Below are positions 37,628-49,482 of a stretch of DNA of 64,000 nucleotides, piece after piece (the stretch's first letter is position 1; each line of letters starts with the position of its first letter). The stretch covers positions 806,001-870,000 of the forward strand of contig OZ025798.1 in the NCBI GenBank assembly GCA_964019425.1. The letters run 5' to 3'. Source of the DNA: Flectonema sp. DT1601 (lineage: Eukaryota). The notes below the pieces were generated by a model. That model saw only the letters and a list, made by a program, of their open reading frames with translations. It ran no database searches and was not told the origin of the DNA. A program made the translations under genes and the position numbers.

Positions 37628-40369
37628 ATGACTGCAAAAGATAAGAACGACAGCTCGTCAAGCTCGAGCGACGAGGAAAGAGTCTTTGCTGACGATGCCT
37701 GGAACAACCACACTGAGCCAGCAGGAGCCTCGCTGTACGTTGCTGGAGTCATCTTCCTTCTTCTGTCATGTGGTGCCCTTGCTCTGTGCTTGCTTGCGCA
37801 CTTCACTGATGACTTCCAGAGAATCGATGAGTACCACCCATCATTCTTGACCCTTTCCCAAAGACACTTCGACGGAGTGAAGGACCCGTTCATTATCTGG
37901 GAGAGAAACAACAACTTCACCTGCACCTTCTTGACCCGTTTGAGAGAGAACAATGCCCTTACAACTTGGCACGCAACTGAAGAGCGCAATGGAAGACCAA
38001 TCATCACCTACCCATTCTGCTCATTCCACGTTCCGTACACAGCAATCTGGGGAGCGATGGCCTCGGGTCTGTTCGGTCTTGCCGCCGTTTGCTACTACGC
38101 CGTGAACGTTATGTCGAAGCCAAGAGGTACCGATGAGATGCACGACATCGCCAACAAGATCCACATCTCCGCCCTCGACTTCTTGAACCAGGAGTACTTC
38201 TGGTTGGCCCCATTCGTTGTGTTGTTGTTCTCCTTCTTGTACGTCGCCATTGACGGACAGGACAACTCATGGGTTCCAGCGTCATCGGTTTCCTTCTTGT
38301 TTGGAGCCTTCCTCTCCGCTTCATGTGGATACATGGGAATGCATCTTGCCACCCAGGGTAACTGCCGTACCGCCGCCGCCTGTTTCTCATCAAAGGACCA
38401 GGGACTTGAGGAGGGTCTTGCTGTTGCGTTCCGTACCGGAGCCTGCATGGGTATCGGTGTTGTTTCATGCGGTGTCCTCGGACTTGCCCTTTCATACTCG
38501 ATCTTCGGAAACGTTCAATCCCTTGGAGGATTCGGTTTCGGTGCAAGTGCCGTCGCCCTCTTCGCTCGTGTCGGAGGAGGTATCTACACCAAGGCTGCTG
38601 ACGTTGGAGCTGATTTGTGTGGAAAGGTTGACAACTCGCTCGCTGAGGACTCTCCAAAGAACCCTGCCACCATTGCTGACTGTGTTGGTGACAACGTTGG
38701 TGACGTTGCCGGTATGGGAGCTGACTTGTTCGAGTCATACGTCGGTTCGATCGTTGCAGCTGCCGTCTTGGGAGCCGGTGAATTCGGAGAGAAGGGAGTT
38801 GCTCTTCCATTTTACATTGCCATGATCGGTCTCGTTGTTTCCGTGTTCGGAACCCTCGGAATCAGAGTTTCAAAGGGAGTTGACGGTAAGGCCACTCTTG
38901 ACCAGCTTCTTGCCGCAATGAGACTCAACATCATCGTGTCAGGTCTCTTCATTGTTGCCGGATGTGTCATCTTGTGTGTGTTCTTGTTCAGAGCTGAGAG
39001 AGACGAACTTGAGGACTTGTTCGACACTCCATGGAGACAGAAGGAACCTGGTGCAAGACTTTTGGGATGCATCGTTGTCGGTCTCGTTGTTGGTATCCTG
39101 ATCGGACTTGCCACCGAGCACTTCACCTCCCACACTGAGGAACCAACCCAGTCGATCGGCCGGGCCACCGCCTTCGGACCAGGACCAGTCATCATCCAGG
39201 GTCTTGGACAGGGAATGTACTCCACCGTCATTCCATTGATCTTGATCGTCGCCGCTGTCTTGGGAGCGTTCTACCTCGCTGGATTCTACGGAACTGCCAT
39301 CGCCTGTGTTGGTATGCTTTCAACCCTCGGAGTCACCATGTCTACTGATGCCTACGGACCAGTCTCTGACAACGCCGGAGGAATTGCTGAGATGGCTGAG
39401 CTTCCAGAATGGGTTCGTGAATACACTGATCAGCTTGATGCTTTGGGTAACACCACCGCTGCCACCGGAAAGGGATTCGCCAACGGATCCGCTGTGTTGT
39501 CCGCCATCTCGTTGTTGATTGCCTTCGCCAGAATTGCCGAGATCGAATCCGTTGACTTGTTGAGACCTGTCGTAGTTGTTGGAGTCCTCATCGGATCGCT
39601 GCTTCCATACGTCTTCGGAGCCATGACCATGCTTTCCGTCAACAAGGCCGCTCAGGAGATGATGTTTGAAGTCAGAAGACAATTCAAGGCCAACCCAAGG
39701 CTTCTCACTGACAAGCACTCGAGACCTGACTACAAGAAGTGCATTGACATCTCCTGCAAGTCTTCTTTGAGAGAGATGGTTCTTCCAGGTATCCTCGCCA
39801 CCTTCTCACCGCTCGTTATCGGATTCATCTTCGGATCCCACGCTTTGGTTGGTCTCCTTGTCGGAGCGATTGCATCAGGATACCTTCAGGGAGTCATGAT
39901 GTCGAACACTGGAGGAGCATGGGACAACGCCAAGAAGTGGATTGAGGCCGGAGAGTTCAGGATCAAGGGATTTTCCCAGGGTAAGGGAACTGACTGCCAC
40001 AAGGCCGCCGTCTGTGGTGACACTGTCGGAGATCCATTCAAGGACACCTCTGGACCTGCCTTGAACATCTTGATTAAGTTGATGACCAGATTCTCCTTCG
40101 TATGCGCTCCATTGTTCGCTGACGACTGGGAATACTGGTGGGTTGGTCTCATCCTTCTCGGAGGATCTTCCCTCTTGGTCATCATCCTCAAGTTCACTCT
40201 TCTTAACGATACCGAACCAAAGGAAGATGATGAAGAGACTGGTCCTGACTCTGAGGTATGTTAGTTTTAGTTATTTATTTTCTTTGTGATATTACAAAGT
40301 TTCAAATAACTTAAAGGACGTTGTTCCTTAGTCCGATACTTAGAAAATAAAAAAAAACAGGACAAGTAG
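37628..40369 (+). CDS. membrane pyrophosphatase copy 5 (type B, short N-terminus); exons 37628-40255, 40361-40369
   Basis: Same motifs; GAG|gtatgt...aaacag|GACAAGTAG. Confidence 0.92.
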
Positions 40370-40902
40370 ATATTCACAACAACACCATCAAACGAACCTG
40401 TTGGTTAACGCTATATTGGGTATCACTTTTTGAGTAACTTATTGTGATTGCCTTTATTTTATATTTTTGTTCTTCTCTCCGCTTCTTTGTTGAAATTCCT
40501 CCCCCAAAAAGTGTTTGACATTGTTATGGTCGGCAGGTATATGCTGGGTAAACAGAGTCAACTTCATCATACTGTGTATTCATTATCTTTTATTCTCTTT
40601 TTTTGTATTCCATTATAATTCGGAGACCCTCAATCATCCTTCCGCTATGCTGCGTATTATCGCAACTCTCCTCCAGATTGTAATTGGAATAATTAAGTTC
40701 GGTAGACTTTCGTTTTTCTAGCCAAATTTATTTGGATATAAAAATGTGAAGTTAGTTTCATTTGATCATTTGTTTTATGTTGTTGTTTGCTTCATTTACT
40801 GGGAGGTTTTTGCAACCTTTCATTGATTTTCATTTGTTCTGCTTTGTGAATGTTTTGTGGGTTCTTCGCTTAAGTTTCTCTCACTGTCAGCTATCTGTTA
40901 AA

Positions 40903-43701
40903 ATGGGTGCCACCAAGGCCGCTAAAAAGAAGTTGCAGGAATCCAAGACGGAGATGGAGGAGCAACCAGAAGTTGTCGCAACTGAGGATGTTCCAGTTGT
41001 TGACACCAAGAAGGTCGCAGAGGAAGAGGAGGAGGAGGAGGAAGAGAGAGTCTTTGCTGACGATGCCTGGAACAACCACACTGAGCCAGCAGGAGCCTCG
41101 CTGTACGTTGCTGGAGTCATCTTCCTTCTTCTGTCATGTGGTGCCCTTGCCCTGTGCTTGCTTGCGCACTTCACTGATGACTTCCAGAGAATCGATGAGT
41201 ACCACCCATCATTCTTGACCCTTTCCCAAAGACACTTCGACGGAGTGAAGGACCCGTTCATTATCTGGGAGAGAAACAACAACTTCACTTGCACCTTCTT
41301 GACCCGTTTGAGAGAGAACAATGCCCTTACAACTTGGCACGCAACTGAAGAGCGCAATGGAAGACCAATCATCACCTACCCATTCTGCTCATTCCACGTT
41401 CCGTACACAGCAATCTGGGGAGCGATGGCCTCGGGTCTGTTCGGTCTTGCCGCCGTTTGCTACTACGCCGTGAACGTTATGTCGAAGCCAAGAGGTACCG
41501 ATGAGATGCACGACATCGCCAACAAGATCCACATCTCCGCCCTCGACTTCTTGAACCAGGAGTACTTCTGGTTGGCCCCATTCGTTGTGTTGTTGTTCTC
41601 CTTCTTGTACGTCGCCATTGACGGACAGGACAACTCATGGGTTCCAGCGTCATCGGTTTCCTTCTTGTTTGGAGCCTTCCTCTCCGCTTCATGTGGATAC
41701 ATGGGAATGCATCTTGCCACCCAGGGTAACTGCCGTACCGCCGCCGCCTGTTTCTCATCAAAGGACCAGGGACTTGAGGAGGGTCTTGCTGTTGCGTTCC
41801 GTACCGGAGCCTGCATGGGTATCGGTGTTGTTTCATGCGGTGTCCTCGGACTTGCCCTTTCATACTCGATCTTCGGAAACGTTCAATCCCTTGGAGGATT
41901 CGGTTTCGGAGCAAGTGCCGTTGCCCTCTTCGCTCGTGTCGGAGGAGGTATCTACACCAAGGCTGCTGACGTTGGAGCTGATTTGTGTGGAAAGGTTGAC
42001 AACTCGCTCGCTGAGGACTCTCCAAAGAACCCTGCCACCATTGCTGACTGTGTTGGTGACAACGTTGGTGACGTTGCCGGTATGGGAGCTGACTTGTTCG
42101 AGTCATACGTCGGTTCGATCGTTGCAGCTGCCGTCTTGGGAGCCGGTGAATTCGGAGAGAAGGGAGTTGCTCTTCCATTTTACATTGCCATGATCGGTCT
42201 CGTTGTTTCCGTGTTCGGAACCCTCGGAATCAGAGTTTCAAAGGGAGTTGACGGTAAGGCCACTCTTGACCAGCTTCTTGCCGCAATGAGACTCAACATC
42301 ATCGTGTCAGGTCTCTTCATTGTTGCTGGATGTGTCATCTTGTGTGTGTTCTTGTTCAGAGCTGAGAGAGACGAACTTGAGGACTTGTTCGACACTCCAT
42401 GGAGACAGAAGGAACCTGGTGCAAGACTTTTGGGATGCATCGTTGTCGGTCTCGTTGTTGGTATCTTGATCGGACTTGCCACCGAGCACTTCACCTCCCA
42501 CACTGAGGAACCAACCCAGTCGATCGGCCGGGCCACCGCCTTCGGACCAGGACCAGTCATCATCCAGGGTCTTGGACAGGGAATGTACTCCACCGTCATT
42601 CCATTGATCTTGATCGTCGCCGCTGTCTTGGGAGCGTTCTACCTCGCTGGATTCTACGGAACTGCCATCGCCTGTGTTGGTATGCTTTCAACCCTCGGAG
42701 TCACCATGTCTACTGATGCCTACGGACCAGTCTCTGACAACGCCGGAGGAATTGCTGAGATGGCTGAGCTTCCAGAATGGGTTCGTGAATACACTGATCA
42801 GCTTGATGCTTTGGGTAACACCACCGCTGCCACCGGAAAGGGATTCGCCAACGGATCCGCTGTGTTGTCCGCCATCTCGTTGTTGATTGCCTTCGCCAGA
42901 ATTGCCGAGATCGAATCCGTTGACTTGTTGAGACCTGTCGTAGTTGTTGGAGTCCTCATCGGATCGCTGCTTCCATACGTCTTCGGAGCCATGACCATGC
43001 TTTCCGTCAACAAGGCCGCTCAGGAGATGATGTTTGAAGTCAGAAGACAATTCAAGGCCAACCCAAGGCTTCTCACTGACAAGCACTCGAGACCTGACTA
43101 CAAGAAGTGCATTGACATCTCCTGCAAATCTTCTTTGAGAGAGATGGTTCTTCCAGGTATCCTCGCCACCTTCTCACCGCTCGTTATCGGATTCATCTTC
43201 GGATCCCACGCTTTGGTTGGTCTCCTTGTCGGAGCGATTGCATCAGGATACCTTCAGGGAGTCATGATGTCGAACACTGGAGGAGCATGGGACAACGCCA
43301 AGAAGTGGATTGAGGCCGGAGAGTTCAGGATCAAGGGATTTTCCCAGGGTAAGGGAACTGACTGCCACAAGGCGGCCGTCTGTGGTGACACTGTCGGAGA
43401 TCCATTCAAGGACACCTCTGGACCTGCCTTGAACATCTTGATTAAGTTGATGACCAGATTCTCCTTCGTATGCGCTCCATTGTTCGCTGACGACTGGGAA
43501 TACTGGTGGGTTGGTCTCATCCTTCTCGGAGGATCTTCCCTCTTGGTCATCATCCTCAAGTTCACTCTTCTTAACGATACCGAACCAAAGGAAGATGATG
43601 AAGAGACTGGTCCTGACTCTGAGGTATGTTAGTTTTGAGTGATAAGAATTATTGAATGCTCGTTAAAAATCTAATAAAAACTAAATATAAAACAGGACTA
43701 G
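40903..43701 (+). CDS. membrane pyrophosphatase copy 6 (type B, long N-terminus); exons 40903-43623, 43696-43701
   Basis: Same protein as copy 4 apart from the terminal exon; GAG|gtatgt...aaacag|GACTAG. Confidence 0.92.
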
Positions 43702-44425
43702 AAGTTCTTACCTGTAATACGAAAGTATGTTTTGTGACGTAGTTGCGTTTCTTTTTTATTATTAATTGAATTGTATTTTTCAATCTATGTAAAGGAAACA
43801 ATCGAAAAAAAAAAAAAAATAATCAAAAAAGATCCTCAAATGAAAGAGAAAATTAAAAAGAAATTGTTGATCACTATTACTATGTTTGTGTAGGCGTCCT
43901 CCCTTCCTGTTCCACTTCCCGAATTCGTTTATTTATGTATGAGATGGCGACCCATTGTTCTTGTCTGTTGGTGTAGTTGTGCGTCGATTACTATTCAAGA
44001 TGTGGTTAAATTACCTATCTTTGTATCGATTCACAAGGTTTCCGATAAACATCTGTCCAACTCAAAAAAAAAAAAAAAAAAAGAAATGACAAAACAATAG
44101 ATAAGGTTGATGAGATCTTTTGTTACCCCCGCTCTTCCCAAGGAAAAAAACAGAAACGAACTTGTACAGCAAGTACGTGGCACGTTAAAACGATATGCTA
44201 CCCTATTCCAAATCCGACGCCGACCCGCCACCCCATCCGAGCTTTTATTTTTTTTTTGTTTTCCTTTGGATTTGGTCAACAATAAAAAACTACAATGGTT
44301 CCGTATGACCTTTTATTTACAGGTGCTGTTGATAAATGGAATTGTACTGCTGAAGCATTTATTCTTCTCGATGTGTTTAATTAAACATTCCTTTCTTTAT
44401 TACAATCAGGGATCGAACCCGCAAA

Positions 44426-45497
44426 ATGGACGGGGAAAACTCTTTGAACATGTCCCTCGATGAGATAATACAGAGTGAGAAACCGATATTTTCAGCACCT
44501 GTTGCTGTCGGAAGAGGAGCCAAGGGAAGAGGAGCTGGGTACGGAGGCAAAATAGGAGGTAGAGGTGGGGGTGCGTTCGACAGAGGAAGTGGCGGGATAC
44601 TGATGGGCACAGCACCGCAAGTAGGAATGCAATTCGGTAACGGTTTCGCTGCACCTCCGGCAATGATCACACCTGTTGGAATGCAGCTTCCTCAAAATCA
44701 AATGCAGCTGCTGCCGAGACTCCCGAACATGAATAACACTAATGTTGGAATGCTATCTACCCCTTCAGCAACACCTGACCTTTTAGCTACTTCTTTACTT
44801 CAGCAAACAGCACAAGTTGCTGCTACAATTAGTAAATTAGGTGGAAATCATGCAGCACTAGCTACCTTTAATAATTCTATACCCGGCCTTGCTAACGCTG
44901 GGTCTGGTGAAGTCCTAATGAGTAATGCTATGGACATATCTCGTATGGTGTCACAGATGGCTGATAATACGTTGAGTAATATGCCTGTTGCTGATTCAGC
45001 TAGTCCGCCATCAGGATTAGTTAGTGATCAGAACTTTTCAGGATTGGGGAAAGCTAATGTAGCTGATGGCTCTAAGCCATCGTTTGTTAAGAGAGGTAAT
45101 TATGTTGAGAAATTATCGCTAAAGAGATCAAAAGAATCGGCAAACCCTCTCACATTCACATTTCAGAGTAATAAGCAACGTATTGATACTGCTTCTCAGC
45201 TTAGAAAACTTCAACGGCAAAAGGTGATGGATCAAAGCAGGGGTGCTGAACGCACTATTTTACAACCGCAAAACTCATTTCCTCTGAACCCTCCAACAGC
45301 TCCTCCTCAGAGACTTGCTGATCCTGAAAGAGTTAAGAATGTTAGGCTTGGAAAGGTTTTTTCATTTTTTTTTTTTTTTTTTAAAAATATATTTATTATG
45401 ATTTATAGAAATCAAACAAAAACACTAAAACCAGACTTCGATGAAATTGAAAGATCGCTTCGACATGATGGCTGGCATAGAGAGAAAACTTGGCTAA
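44426..45497 (+). CDS. RGG protein with UAP56-binding-like motif (ALYREF/UIF/CHTOP-like export adaptor); exons 44426-45355, 45435-45497
   Basis: N-terminal LNMSLDEII (UBM-like) and GRG/RGG repeats. The spliced C-terminus TSMKLKDRF resembles the 'MSLNERF'-type motif. Confidence 0.6.
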
Positions 45498-46044
45498 CCT
45501 GAAGACTGCTGACGGTGGTAATAAAAGGAAGCATCAATACCAAACTTTCGATACGAATGTGTGCTATATCAATGCGATGGACGAATAGTAATTAGCAGGT
45601 TGCCAAACATGTTCACTAACTACGGTAACTTTTAAGTCTAAAATGCTGTTGCAAATATTTTTTTTTGTTCCCCTTTTTTTTTGTATCTCTTTTTTTTTGT
45701 TTTTCGTTTTTTGAAATAAAAAAGAACAGATAAGCGGAATACATAGGGGGCAGCATTGAGGAATAAAAAATACTATATTCGACAAGACAAAATGAAGTGG
45801 GGAAAAAAAAAAAAAAAAAAAAAAAAACGACGGCAGTCTATTGTTGGGCTTCTTACAAAAGCAAGTGAATTACTCTCACTCGGAAGTGCTTTGAGCCTTA
45901 TTGGAAAAAAAAAAAAAAAAAGAGAATCTATTTTCTTAAATCAGACAATCAGTATCGAATATGGTATATTATTTTTGGTTGGCAATTTATTGTTTTTCGT
46001 TTTGTGAAAGAAATTATTATTATTTTTAACATTTCAGCAATGAA

Positions 46045-46869
46045 ATGAGCCAAACCACCAGTCAACGAAGTAGACTAGTAGGAGACGAGGTATCCGTCCA
46101 CGACATCGACACTGGGAGAAGATGCAAAGTCGTTTTAAAGAAAGGAGTTGATGGAATAACAGTCGCGAAATTAAAATCTAATCTTGAAGGACACTTTGGA
46201 GTACCAGCCAGGGACCAAGTGCTGACAATAAGTGGGGAAGAGTTACGGAATTCGAATAGAGGTAGAGAAGCTGGATTGTATCCAGGGTGCTCCGTTGATC
46301 TCAGAAGAGTTGGGAGTATGTCTCTGAAGGAAAATAGCGCCGAGCATTATCACCATCACCATCACCATCACCATCACCATCACCAGCATCATCAAGATCA
46401 TGATTACCATCATCACCATCAAGAACATCACCAACACCATCATCACCCCCAAGATCATCACCAGGATCATTATCAAGGTAACTTTGTTCATTCAGAAATA
46501 GATGAGAGACCTGTTTCTGTCCAATCTGCTACTCATTCACATCATTCAATAGAAGACTATCGCTATTGTAGTTGTCGGAACTGTCATCTCAAACCAAAAC
46601 AGTCAGAACCACCTGCAGCTCACAAAGTACTTTTTAAACAAAATAAAACATGTTTTCAACAAAGTGACTACACTCAACGGGATAAAGAACTCGAAAAACT
46701 TAACCATCTCCAATCAGCATACACAGATCTCGTTAAGAAACAACAATGGGTTCTTGAAGGCGATTCTTTTAATGGAGGACAGGCAGGATTAATGTCACAA
46801 GCAGCTGCATATAAAGCTGGAACTCATCCACATGGACTTGGTGTTGCCCACATGAGGCGTACATACTAA
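46045..46869 (+). CDS. ubiquitin-like N-terminal domain + poly-His region protein
   Basis: TVAKLKSNLEGHFGVPARDQVL...G..L is a UBL pattern; about 45-aa His-rich tract; CSCRNCH. Confidence 0.7.
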   Translation: MSQTTSQRSRLVGDEVSVHDIDTGRRCKVVLKKGVDGITVAKLKSNLEGHFGVPARDQVLTISGEELRNSNRGREAGLYPGCSVDLRRVGSMSLKENSAEHYHHHHHHHHHHHQHHQDHDYHHHHQEHHQHHHHPQDHHQDHYQGNFVHSEIDERPVSVQSATHSHHSIEDYRYCSCRNCHLKPKQSEPPAAHKVLFKQNKTCFQQSDYTQRDKELEKLNHLQSAYTDLVKKQQWVLEGDSFNGGQAGLMSQAAAYKAGTHPHGLGVAHMRRTY

Positions 46870-46909
46870 ATAGGTTGAGTAGTACTTTACTTTATATCCC
46901 CTCACTATC

Positions 46910-47150
46910 GTTCGATGGGTCTTTCGCCCCTATACCCAGCTTTGACGAACGGACCTCCAGCAGAGTTTCCCACGGCTTCGTCCTAAGAAGGCATACTTCA
47001 GCCTAGTGTACTTTACCTCATTCTTTTTCAATAAATCGGGATCTGTCTGTGCTGCACCCCCAGGGGTTGGCACATAGGGTCACTTTCAGTGCGGCTTATG
47101 GGTTTGACACCCTAAACCTTGCACTCTTGATAAACTCGTTGTGTTTCGTC
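46910..47150 (-). pseudogene. degenerate fragment of eukaryotic LSU (28S) rRNA, antisense to the + strand
   Basis: The + strand reads ttcgatgggtctttcgcccctatacccagctttgacgaa, cctccagcagagtttcc, ggcatacttca and tcactttca...tatgggtttgacacc...aactcgttgtgtttc. These are collinear with the reverse complement of the conserved LSU core, with internal deletions. Confidence 0.75.
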
Positions 47151-47509
47151 TTTTGCGTGAATATACCTAGCCTCTTGTTATAAAAATTGTATTTTAGAGT
47201 CTGAAGTTTTTTTTTTTTTTTTTCCCCTTCCTCCGTCGGAGTTTTAATCTTTTTAAACAATTCTTTTTCAATCCAGTAATCAAATAGTATTCAATATGAT
47301 CTACGCAAGGTAATTATTATATGGTTTGTACTAATGTTCTTCTTTTTTTTAATATATAAGATCGCTTTTCTTGTATTAAACCATAGGATGTTATCGTTTT
47401 TAGTAGTCATGGCACGCGACACTTGTACTTCTGTTTACGTAGAAGTCTTGTTTTGATGTTTCTCGTAGTGTTTTTATATTACCTAATTCTGACTACAGCA
47501 CAGGTTAGA

Positions 47510-48838
47510 ATGAATGAGTCTCGAGGGAGCTTATCGTACAGTAGAGGATTGACTATCGAGATGTCGGATTCTCGTCTTCGAGACAGACAACCAGCTACAC
47601 CAGTTTGTACTCCTCTAGATCTGGGTCAGGGTGGTTTTCCGTCTGGTACTCCATTTTCACCAGCACCATCACCAGTAGCATCAGCAACTCACGGTACTAA
47701 GAAATATGTTGGTAAGAAATTCGGTTTGGGTACGACAGTTAGACAATTCACACCTTCTGATGTAATGACACTCGACAGTAATCCTTTTAGTCAAGGATCA
47801 GATTCTGATGAGTATATTGGTCACACATTTCCTATAGGGTCTGGAACTATACCTATTGCTGTACAAGATTTTAACCAACAGCAGGCTACTGTTGCTGCTC
47901 TGGTTGAACATGAATTAAACAGCTCGTGTTCAACTAGTACTCAGGATGCATCTGTGAGGAATAAAATTCAAATTATGAACTTAAAATTAGTTGCGACACT
48001 TGAACGGGAGTCGGTTTCGAGGCATCGGCTTATGCGATACAATTCATGGATGGTTTATGCGGCGGGGAAAAAGAAAAGAAGAAGGGGCTCGATCTCTCTC
48101 TCATCACTTTCATCGACTGGTATTTCTTCCTCATCTTCTATTCGATATCATCAACGACATCGAAAACTACAGATGACGGCCCTCGCTGCACTCGAACGTA
48201 TGCGTAATACTCGTATCCGAGAGCAATTCTACGCTCGTTGGAAAATCTGGGTCTTCATGTGCCGCTCTAACTTTGACACGACCAGAAAAGCGTACTCATC
48301 GCCTATTAAAAAAACAGATTTGGGGAGGCCACCAAAACCCCAGCAGCCTCATATAGTTGACACCACGAGTCCTGTTGGTCCTTTTATAAGAACTGCAACA
48401 AGTGAATCTCCAACACGTGGAAGTCCTCAGAGAGTTGTCACAGATGAGGAGGTCACTGATAGAGTTGAGCAGCTGTTGAGACAAGCAAGGTTAAGAGTTG
48501 CTGGTGGAGGAAGACCACCACCAATGTCACCTCCAGTAAATCATCACATTGATTTCAATCAGAATAAACATCCTCCGATAGCTGCAATTACAGCAGTGTC
48601 TCAACTTGGACGATCTCTAGCTCCGAAATATGAAAGTTCGTTATCGACTTCGGGCACCCGAACTGCTCTTATTGATAATGCAAAGAAATACCCTTCAAAG
48701 TCTAGTTCTACACTGAGTGCTAAGTACCGCAGAGCGACTATAGACAACACGGAAGAAGAGGAACATCCAGTCTTTATTACTGATGTTTACAGAGCTCGTG
48801 CGGCTGCTTCTTATGATCCGGAAGTACTACTGTTGTGA
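47510..48838 (+). CDS. hypothetical Ser/Pro-rich protein (ATG at 47510)
   Basis: Long ORF; first ATG lies downstream of cag acceptor-like sites. Confidence 0.7.
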   Translation: MNESRGSLSYSRGLTIEMSDSRLRDRQPATPVCTPLDLGQGGFPSGTPFSPAPSPVASATHGTKKYVGKKFGLGTTVRQFTPSDVMTLDSNPFSQGSDSDEYIGHTFPIGSGTIPIAVQDFNQQQATVAALVEHELNSSCSTSTQDASVRNKIQIMNLKLVATLERESVSRHRLMRYNSWMVYAAGKKKRRRGSISLSSLSSTGISSSSSIRYHQRHRKLQMTALAALERMRNTRIREQFYARWKIWVFMCRSNFDTTRKAYSSPIKKTDLGRPPKPQQPHIVDTTSPVGPFIRTATSESPTRGSPQRVVTDEEVTDRVEQLLRQARLRVAGGGRPPPMSPPVNHHIDFNQNKHPPIAAITAVSQLGRSLAPKYESSLSTSGTRTALIDNAKKYPSKSSSTLSAKYRRATIDNTEEEEHPVFITDVYRARAAASYDPEVLLL

Positions 48839-49359
48839 AGATCTTGTTCTTGAGCTGTCTTCTGATCCTTTGCATTTATGGGATCAAGATGTAGTCATGA
48901 AGTCAATAATGCATAATGTTTCGTTATGCTAACCTGTAGGATTATATTTTCCATCTGCGGGTATCATTCCAACTTATCTTAGGTTTCTTTTTTTAAATAT
49001 TATTTTAGTTCCTTCACCCCCTGCTCTCTATATTTTTGTGTCGTGCACCATAGCTTCCAAGCTGTCAAGGATGATGTGAACCAAGCTGTTAACCATCCAA
49101 GCTGTTAAGGATAATGCGTGTACCTCCTTTGCAGAAATTTCTAATTTCTTGTACTCCGCTTCATCTTTTTTTTATTGTGTGAAAGCAATTATTAATTATT
49201 ACTTTGCCTGAGTATTGTTTGAAGTGTGTTTCGTCTTGTTTTATCAACCAGGCTGCCGATATTTTGTTTTATTTTATTTTATTTTATTTGTCCCAGAGAC
49301 CTCTCCGCTAGGTGTAGCTTATCGCCTGTGCTGTTTTTTTTTTTTTATTTTTTTTTTAT

Positions 49360-49482
49360 TTGCACCGACAAAGTCGGTGAAGAAACTATTCAGATAGCCG
49401 TTTTATTTATTTATGTAATGTTATATTTCCCCGTGCGCCAGAAGAATTATTGTGATCAAAATATTAAGGCTTATGAATGGTT
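49360..49482. repeat. dispersed repeat, copy 2
   Basis: Same ordered blocks as 861-1010; hairpin caccgac-aaa-gtcggtg. Confidence 0.8.

Noticed and set aside
24240..43565. Recurring minus-strand and alternate-frame ORFs inside the PPase genes (up to 233 aa)
   Set aside because: Shadow ORFs produced by biased codon usage; they recur only because the host genes are duplicated.
49055..49116. Three ccaagctgt(c/t)aa units
   Set aside because: Short local duplication with irregular spacing; not a CRISPR-like array.
49361..49380. gcaccgac...gtcggtg resembling a tracrRNA/omegaRNA 3' hairpin
   Set aside because: Only a short hairpin; no Cas9/IscB/TnpB/Fanzor ORF or CRISPR array in the window.
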